Shown piece after piece: positions 54,882 to 64,000 of a DNA stretch of 64,000 nt. Position numbers and translations under genes: made by a program. The stretch covers positions 28,582,001 to 28,646,000 of the forward strand of contig OX597816.1 in assembly GCA_951406725.2 (NCBI GenBank), read 5' to 3'. The number at the start of each line of letters is the position of its first letter. The stretch's first letter is position 1. Below the pieces are notes generated by a model. That model was not told where the DNA came from. It made no database searches and saw only the letters and a list, made by a program, of their open reading frames with translations. The stretch comes from Octopus vulgaris (lineage: Eukaryota).

Positions 54882-55068
54882 GTGATGCGCAATAGCCCAG
54901 TGGTTAGGGCAGCGGACTCGCGGTCGGAGGATCGCGGTTTCGAATCCCAGACCGGGCGTTGTGTGTATTTATTGAGCGAAAACACCTAAAACTCCACGTG
55001 GTTCCAGCAGGGCGGGAGGGGGGTGCGGTGGCGACCCCTGTTGCACTCTTTCGCCCCAAATTTCTCTC
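54882..55068 (+). mobile_element. SINE head B, 5' part, directly followed by an S2 copy
   Basis: gcgcaatagcccagtggttagggcagcggactcgcggtc..ggtttcgaatccc. Confidence 0.88.
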
Positions 55069-55070
55069 AA

Positions 55071-55304
55071 AGGAGGCGAGCTGGCAGAAACGTTAGCACG
55101 TTGGGCGAAATGCTTAGCGATATTTCGTCTGCCGTTATGTTCTGAGTTCAAATTCCGCCGAGGTCGACTTTGCCTTTCATCATTTCGGGGTCGATAAATT
55201 AAGTACCAGTTACGCACTGGGGGTCTATGCAATCGACTTCATCCGTTTGTCTGTCCTTGTTTGTCCCCTCTATGTTTAGCCCCTTGTGGGCAATAAACAA
55301 ATAA
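55071..55304 (+). mobile_element. SINE S2 (full); degraded relatives at 55500-55710 (+), 58847-58923 (-), 63160-63228 (-), 63560-63710 (-)
   Basis: Near-identical to 33771-34010. Confidence 0.9.
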
Positions 55305-55935
55305 GAGAGGGATGCTCTTTCGCAGCTTTTGTGTGTCGACAAAAAAATAACCTGTAGCAACCAGGCAATGATCCAAAATCCATGTGCTAAATATATTTTT
55401 TAACAAAAGTACATAACTGAACACATATCTGCTAACTTTCTTTAAGAGACTGGTGGATATCAGACAGATCATAATCAATATTAATGATGTTATCTTAAAG
55501 TGAGCTAGCAGAACCCTTATCATGCCGACCAAAATGATTAGTGGTATTTTGTCCGTCTTTACATTCAGAGTTCACGTTCTGCCAGTATCAACTTTGCATT
55601 TTACCCTATAGGGGTCGATAAAATAAGTACCAGTTGATCACTGCAGTCGATGTAATGGATTCAACCCCTCCCCGTAATCTCTCGCCTTGAGTCAAAATTT
55701 GAAACCAATGTAATGTAAGTTTTCTCTTTACCTAGATGTCGGTGACCGCAGGCACTCTGAGTGCATCCCTACACCGGAATTCAACTGACAAATAGAATAT
55801 TAGGCTCTTTTCAGACGTGCTGAAAAGAGCTGGAGTTATGTAAATCTGCTGTCGCTCAACTCTGGTTTGACAGAAAGGGTTGCTGCTGTAAGGTCATATA
55901 TGACTACCAGGTATATAAAAAACAATTTATTAAGT

Positions 55936-56001
<66 letters not shown>

Positions 56002-56039
56002 TGAGAAATGCTTCACCAAGCTAAGATAGAAAACACACT

Positions 56040-56810
56040 TTGACCACAACCAAAAACCCTAACATTGATGACATATCTGACGATAACCATTCCATGCGTT
56101 ATTTCTATCATAAACATGACATGTCGTTTGACATGAAAAGTGTCTGTCTTATTACCTTACTCTTCAACAGAAGAGAATGCGTGCCACCCTATAGTGACGC
56201 AGCATTAGAAGCAAAGTTTAACCTACTATGTCCAAACTCCTGTCTGCTTTCTCTAAAACGTACAAAAAGTAAAATTCAGACCCATGAACTTGACACTAAA
56301 ATTAAGATAGGTCTTAACAAAATAAAACAAACGCATAGAAGATCGAGAAATTGTATGCCTCCCGACTCACAAATCAGGTAGAATTATATATTATATTTCG
56401 AACATCAAATTATATTTCGAACATGCAACCACACATCAAATGCATGATATAAACAAATACACTCGAAGACACTGAAAATGAAAGAAGTCCTTAATGCTCA
56501 CATGAAGATATGGAGTATCATTTTCCAGTCTCAGAAACGAACATCTATCAAGTCCATAACCGTCAACAATGAAATCACACTCCTATATGACCTTCGAAAT
56601 GTAATATTAACATGTAAATAACATAGTAAAAAACTTAGAAATTAATTTAATTATAATTAAATTAATTACATATTACTGTTCTCCTTAGAGCGAAAGAAAT
56701 CCATCAAAACAATACATCAGAAAAATATTATATTGATACAGAAAACTAGATGGAGTGAGTGTCACATAACATATTCGGATATTCATAATATCCTTATGAA
56801 AGATAAAAAC
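56040..56810 (+). mobile_element. Highly degraded PLE C-terminal region (thumb to GIY-YIG)
   Basis: Patchy resemblance (PYS..KRMRAT, YISNMQP, YIIT); many stops. Confidence 0.35.
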
Positions 56811-56820
56811 ATGCTAAGAT

Positions 56821-57205
56821 GGAAGCACTTCGTCGGTAACGACGAAGAGGGTTCCGGTTGATCCGAATCAATGGAACAGCCTGCTCGTGAAATTAACGTG
56901 TAAGTGGCTGAGCACTCCACAGACACGTGTACCCTTAACGTAGTTCTCGGGGATATTCAGCGTGACACAGAGAGTGACAAGGCCGGCCCTTTGAAATACA
57001 GGTACAACAGAAACAGGAAGTAAGAGTGAGAGAAAGTTGTGGTGAAAAAGTACAGCAGGGATCACCACCATCCCCTACCGGAACCTCGTGGAGCTTTAGG
57101 TATTTTCGCTCAATAAACACTCACAACACCCGGTCTGGGAATCGAAACCGCGATCCTATGGCCGCGAGTCCGCTGCCCTAACTACTGGGCCATTGCGCCT
57201 CCACT
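56821..57205 (-). mobile_element. tRNA-derived SINE, head B + tail X, with 11-bp TSD
   Basis: Minus gtggaggcgcaatggcccagtagttagggc..ggtttcgattccc; catgctaagat at 56810-56820 and 57206-57216. Confidence 0.93.
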
Positions 57206-57269
57206 CATGCTAAGATAGTGTTGTTGTGTATGAACTCAAACTGAGCTAACGGGTTTTTTTCCCCATTTT

Positions 57270-57500
57270 ACAGTTTACATATGAGGGTTTGCAGAACATA
57301 CTACACAATTTTCTGGAGAGGTGATTCTATCAAATGGGTATGACTTACTTAATATAGATTTGATAGTCTTATCTGTCATTTCTACAACTTTGATCTTAAG
57401 GCCAGTTATGAGTAGGATTTTCTTAAATACCTTACTTAATTCGTTTGTAGGTGTAGCGTCAACAAACAGTACGCTGTGATACTTCTTGACATACAAAATA
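57270..57500 (-). mobile_element. PLE linker/Cys-rich fragment preceding GIY-YIG
   Basis: SVLFVDATPTNELSKVFKKIL..GLKIKVVEMTDKTIKSILSKSYPF..CVVC resembles PLE FVP.TPG.EL..IKVVE.TG..IKS.L.KS.PF. Confidence 0.6.
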
Positions 57501-57559
57501 TTCAAAAATACATTTAAATTAGATGTACTAATTGAACATATCTCAATTTTTAATTCGTA

Positions 57560-58625
57560 TATATAAAAGAAGTTTTAGAGACAGAACCACATTCAACTCA
57601 ATCAACACTGAAAGATTTTATAACTGACCACTTTAGTATTTTTAATTAAATTGTTAGCCGTACCTTACACAATTGTAATTGTAACTGAAAGTTTTAAACT
57701 TAAATTTTGAAATTTTGTTAAAATGTAACGTCAAATATTTAAGAATAATAATATGAATAATAGATATTAAATAATATAAAATGTATCCCAAAATATTCGA
57801 ATGAGAGTCTACAGAAATAACTTACTAGATTGGTTGTCTGGGATAATACACAGATTGAATAAAATAAACAACGATAAAAGTGGCTTGTTCTCATGATGCT
57901 TTCACTTCCGGTTCCCTGACAGTACTATATATAGGAATAAATACACTAGTACAACTTCCTCTCGTTTATTTGTAGTACTTCCTATACATAGGTATTATCA
58001 AATGTAGATTTTACCTTATTTGCAAGATGTAGCTTTGTCTACTTTTTGCCGAGGAGAGGAAAGATAAGTTAACATTCGTTTTAGCTTCGTCTCTATTTTT
58101 ACTTATTATTTATTTCATTTTTATTTCCTATTAGTTTATTCTCAATTCTTTATTCGTTATTCGTAAATTTTATTCGTAATTTTTACTCGTATTTTTTCTC
58201 TTTAAATGTTTTCCTTAAACCTTTATTCCTTGAAATTTTATTCCTTAAAATTTGAATATTCAGTTATTGTTATTTATTTATTATTTGTATTTTTATTACT
58301 TTGTATATGTTAAGTAAGATTATATTGAAGATATAGAGTATCAAGGTGGTATATTAGAGATATGGGCAGTGAAAAATCTTCTGGAATATACACCTCAAGA
58401 TTGGGAGTTTGTCGACCCGACTAAGTATTGAAACTAGATACCTCTTATCTAATCAATATCGACGTACTTTCATGAAGCACGTGTAATCTTATATATGGTG
58501 AATACGGGTTTCAAAATAGATATAGTTAGTATAAGATTTAATATTTAACATTTTATTGAGTGGTCGGGTATAAAATCTTTCACTGTTGAGTTGAAGGTGG
58601 TTCTGTCTCTAAAATGTCTTATATA
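57560..58625. repeat. ~1.07-kb segment bounded by inverted repeats 57560-57655 / 58528-58625
   Basis: ttttagagacagaaccac.ttcaactcaa..tgaaagattttata.c.gaccact vs agtggtc.g.tataaaatctttca..ttgagttgaa.gtggttctgtctctaaaa. Confidence 0.8.
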
Positions 58626-58757
58626 TATATATATATATATATATAAACACGCATACACATTAATATATTTATGTATAAACACAGACACAAATATATATAT
58701 ACATACATACATATATACTTAAATATATAAACACATATATAATGTAAATATATACTT

Positions 58758-58823
<66 letters not shown>

Positions 58824-59629
58824 CTTTACTTAAGGTATATGTATATCGGCGGAATTTGAACTAGAACGTAACGGCAGACGAATTACGGCCACGCATTTCG
58901 CCCGGCGTGCTAACGTTTCTGCCATAAAGAATGTATGTATATATATATATATATATATATACATACATTCTTACATACACACATATGAGTTTGCATATAT
59001 GTACCCGAATTTGTGAATATCTTTGTGTGTTGATTGATGTGTCTTATGTAGGATACATGATATCTATGTTATCAATATATGAAGTATAGAAGCCATCGTT
59101 CATTGTTACCTGACATGAATTTGCAGTTAATTTAGAGTTTCTTATTCTAATTTTCCTTATCAGTTTATTTTCTTCAGTTTTACAGACAAAAGGAACCAAT
59201 GTTAGACAGGTGCTGCCTGAATGTTTAATGGAAATTTGTTAAAAGATAATAGACTATCAGATAGAAAGTAGAACATTGCCTCCGGAAATATTTCAATCCT
59301 TCATTGAATAGGTGTCAATCATACAAAGATTCTTGAATTCTTGTTCATGCTAACAGCAGACACATATTTAATAAATGTTCTTTTAATTTTTGTTGTAGGG
59401 GATTAGAATAAATGATTTAGTTCACGTTTAGTAGATTCAGATATATATCTAGTATATAATGTTATAGTATTTTGCGGTTTGTTGCTCAATTATACATTTC
59501 TGACGATTAGTTGCGAATTTACCAGCCAGCATCATTTATTTTTCATATGTTTCAGTCACTAGACTGCGGCCACGCTGGGTCACGGCCTTCAAGAATTATT
59601 GTGAAATAATCCTAGAATTTCTTGTCGAA

Positions 59630-59677
<48 letters not shown>

Positions 59678-59695
59678 GTAATAATAATAATAATA

Positions 59696-59728
<33 letters not shown>

Positions 59729-59774
59729 ATAATAATAATAATAATAATGATAATTATAATAATTATAATAATAA

Positions 59775-61247
59775 GTTAAGAAAACATATGATATGATGCC
59801 TCATTCCTCGATCGTTGAATCCCTGCAGACGTTTGGGGATGCTGACAACAACCCAAATATTCTGATGCATAGCGTGAAAGTGTGGAAAACCAAATTTTAC
59901 TCAAATAATGCATTCCTTGCAGAAGTTAATATTAAAAGGGAAATCTTCTAAGATGGCTCATTTTCTCCGTTACCATTTGTAATTGCACTAATACCCATAA
60001 CAATGATAGTTAGGACAGTAACGATGGGTTACCGATGTGGGAAGAAAGGCCCATCATTGAACCATCTTCTGTTTATGGATGACCTGAAATTGTTTGGGAA
60101 ATCTTAACCAAAACACGCCAGAAGTGTGGTAGGAACATCGATTTACCAAATTTTCACTATTTAATATAAAAGAGGGAAGAAAGCAACCTCCAGAGGATTG
60201 CGGTTACCATCAGGAGAGACCATAGCTGAACCCGACCGTAGAAAGTATAGATACTTAGGGATTTGGGAGCTGGATGAGTTCGTCTCCACAGAGAGATGAA
60301 GTCAAGATCAGCGAGGCGTATCAAAAATGGGTGAAGATGGATAATGCGAAACGTTTGATTACCGCAATAAATATTTGGGCAGTTGTGGTTGTCAGATATA
60401 GTGCGTCCGTCCTCAAAAGGACTAAGGAAGAAATATCAAAACTTGATAGAAGGACGAGAGGGTTGATAACGTTGTATGGGGCGCTACACCCGAAAGCAAA
60501 CGTAAACAAACTGTACACGAAAAGAAAGAATTGTGGCAGAGTGGCAGAGGACTACTTAGTATAGATCTCGTTACCAATTCAGTATAGTATAACATCTATA
60601 ACAGTTCTGACACCCAGAAATGCACGCTCTGTGGAAAAAAGTATGCAAAATGCGACCCACTTGGTAAGTGGGTGTGAGAGCCCTGCATATAAAGAATACA
60701 AGCGCCGCCACGATAAAGTGTGTGTGTATCTTCATTGGTTCTTATGCCGTAAATACCAATATAAATTAAAATAGAACTGGTATGAGCATACACCAGGTAA
60801 ATTTATGCTGGAGGATGGAAAAGTAACGATACTATGGGACTATGATTTTCAGACGGCTCGTGTATTCGAACACCGTCAACCGGATATTGTTATATTGAAT
60901 AAGAGAGAAAAATACTGTCAGATCATTGATGTAGCCATACCAAATGACATGAATGTTGCGAGTAAAGAGGTTGAAAGAAATCACCAAGTAATCCCAATTG
61001 AAAGTAGAAATGGCAAGACTGTATGGAATAAATGAGGGTAATGTAAAAGTGATACCAGTGTTGATCGGAAGGTTGAGCTCAATCCCACTGAAACTTCAAA
61101 ACTTCGCAAGGAAACTAGAATAGCCATGCAAGATTATTGTGCACAGCGCACATCTTTAGGAAAGTATTATCTGTTCCGAGGTCCTTGTTGTGACTTGACA
61201 GGTTATTAAAACTCCGGTGCATTTTTACCTTAACTGTGTTTTGAAGG
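59775..61247 (+). mobile_element. R4/Dong-clade LINE, 5'-truncated and decayed, flanked by (AAT)n on both sides
   Basis: KTYDMMPHS; IF*DGSFSP; NHLLFMDDLKLF (60072-60083); YRYLGI; YKRRHDKV; ILWDYDFQT..HRQPDIVI..IIDVAIP. Confidence 0.93.
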
Positions 61248-61304
61248 AATAATAATAATAATAATAATGATAATAATAATGATAATAATGATAATGATAA
61301 TAAA

Positions 61305-61345
<41 letters not shown>

Positions 61346-61362
61346 TAATAATGATAATAATG

Positions 61363-61402
<40 letters not shown>

Positions 61403-61431
61403 TAATAATAATAATAATGATAATAATGATA

Positions 61432-61462
<31 letters not shown>

Positions 61463-61548
61463 TAATGATAATAATAATAATAATAATAATGATAATAATG
61501 ATAATGATAATAATAATAATGATAATAATGATAATAATAATAATGATA

Positions 61549-61600
<52 letters not shown>

Positions 61601-61671
61601 TAATAATAATAATAATGATAATAATGATAATAAAAATAATAATGATAATAATGATAATAAAAATAATAATG

Positions 61672-61702
<31 letters not shown>

Positions 61703-61731
61703 TAATAATAATAATAATGATAATAATGATA

Positions 61732-61774
<43 letters not shown>

Positions 61775-61803
61775 TAATAATAATGATAATGATAATAATG
61801 ATA

Positions 61804-61852
<49 letters not shown>

Positions 61853-61898
61853 TAATAATAATAATGATAATAATGATAATAATGATAATGATAATAAA

Positions 61899-61957
<59 letters not shown>

Positions 61958-62097
61958 TAATAATAATAATAATGATAATAATGATAATAATGATAATGAT
62001 AATAATAATAATAATGATAATAATAATAATAATAATAATGATAATAATGATAATGATAATAATAATAATGATAATAATGATAATAATAATAATGATA

Positions 62098-62158
<61 letters not shown>

Positions 62159-62286
62159 TAATAATAATAATAATGATAATAATGATAATAAAAATAATAA
62201 TGATAATAATGATAATAAAAATAATAATGATAATAATAATAATAATAATAATAATGATAATAATAATAATAATGATAATAATGATA

Positions 62287-62344
<58 letters not shown>

Positions 62345-62373
62345 TAATAATAATAATAATGATAATAATGATA

Positions 62374-62446
<73 letters not shown>

Positions 62447-62492
62447 TAATAATAATAATGATAATAATGATAATAATGATAATGATAATAAA

Positions 62493-62572
<80 letters not shown>

Positions 62573-62607
62573 TAATAATGATAATAATGATAATGATAAT
62601 AATAATA

Positions 62608-62659
<52 letters not shown>

Positions 62660-62670
62660 TAATAATGATA

Positions 62671-62701
<31 letters not shown>

Positions 62702-62728
62702 TAATGATGATGATGATGATAATAATAA

Positions 62729-62759
<31 letters not shown>

Positions 62760-62762
62760 AAT
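61248..62762. repeat. 1.5-kb (AAT)n array interrupted by GAT/AAA units, with higher-order periodicity
   Basis: The paired taaaaa motif recurs at 61631 and 62189. Confidence 0.95.
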
Positions 62763-63052
62763 ACACTTTAATATCTACAACTTCTGTGAATACATATCCT
62801 TTCCGTTATCCCTGAGCATTTGAAAATGTAAACGTCCCATTTATTGCAAAAAGACTATTGCATTCTCTAACTGGATAGACATACGAACATCTCATGAAAA
62901 CTTTCAAAATTTGATATATTAGGTTTTGTATGACTACCCAGATATGGAAACTTACCGTTTATTGCAAGATCACAATTGGAATTCAGAAATTCGAAAATTC
63001 AATGACGTGAATATCAGTATATATACAGATACATATATAGATATATATAGAT

Positions 63053-63111
<59 letters not shown>

Positions 63112-63398
63112 TAGATAGATAGATAGATAGATAGAGAGATAGATAGATAGATATATATTCAGCCGGTGTTTATTTTATCAACCTCGAATGGAGGTAAAGC
63201 AAAGCCAACCTCGGCAGAATTTGACCTCCAATATCTAATCACAAGTTATGCTCACGTCAATCAATAGCACAAATTTAATTGTTTTGGTTGGTCATATACC
63301 TTATCCAGTTGCAAAGGCAGATTTTACAGCATCTGATAATACGAGTTGTCTTTTATATTTTTCTGGCTATACACCATTTGATATATTATTATTATTAC

Positions 63399-63453
<55 letters not shown>

Positions 63454-63759
63454 TGAATGAAAAAGCAACGGGGTACAAATACATGAAGTCTAATATACAC
63501 AGCATGAATACCCGTCAAGTTTGGACAGTTTGGACAGGTGAAAAATCGATTGCAAAAACACCAGTGTTTCACCGGTTCTTAATTTATCAACCCCGATTGC
63601 GTGCAAGGCTAAGTCAACATCGCTGGAATTTGAACTCAGAATACAGCGACGAGCGAAATACCGATAATCATCCCGCCTAGCGTGCTAAAGATTGCGCCAC
63701 CTTGCCGCCTTGAGCTCAACAACAACATTACCAATACATGTAGCACAACACGAATTCTA

Positions 63760-63823
63760 CTGCGCTGCCGCTGTTGCTGCTGCTGCTACTACAACAAAAA
63801 CTACTGCTGCTGCTGCTACTACA

Positions 63824-63857
<34 letters not shown>

Positions 63858-63870
63858 ACTAATAATAATG

Positions 63871-63912
<42 letters not shown>

Positions 63913-63966
63913 GTAATAAAAATAATACTAATAATAATGATAATAAAAATAATAGTAATAGTAGTA

Positions 63967-64000
<34 letters not shown>
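63760..64000. repeat. Compound (CTG)/(CTA)/(AAT) microsatellite
   Basis: Direct reading. Confidence 0.95.

Noticed and set aside
54882-54960. tRNA genes at SINE heads (also 47561, 57130-57205, 7350-7429)
   Set aside because: They continue into SINE bodies and lack proper acceptor stems.
61225-62823. 513/518-aa ORFs (poly-Y/H, poly-I/M), and all [12 protein letters not shown]/poly-N/K/F ORFs in the track
   Set aside because: Stop-free frames of microsatellites; no coding signal.

Overview
AT-rich, microsatellite-saturated eukaryotic DNA with no intact host gene that I can support; the ORF track is almost all (TA)n/(CA)n/(AAT)n read-through. The SINE/LINE repertoire and repeat density suggest a cephalopod (Octopus-like) genome (inference). 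Contents: decayed RTE-clade LINEs, R4/Dong-clade LINE fragments sitting in (AAT)n tracts, Penelope-like (PLE) RT/linker fragments, a Tigger/pogo transposase relic, many tRNA-derived SINEs with shuffled heads and tails, and a 1.3-kb tandem duplication that looks like an assembly artefact. The main signal is a dense set of short non-coding elements, most of them fold-back (inverted-repeat), that carry minimal type-I hammerhead ribozyme (HHR) motifs with palindromic stem III. There are about 10 motifs from about 5 families, and several have an intact core. One family (4795-5382, 48794-49281) combines a tRNA-derived head, an (AAT)n spacer and an HHR-bearing PLE-type tail with probable target-site duplications, so it is a candidate Penelope-mobilised, ribozyme-bearing SINE. 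All structures and alignments were read by eye; coordinates are approximate to a few bases.
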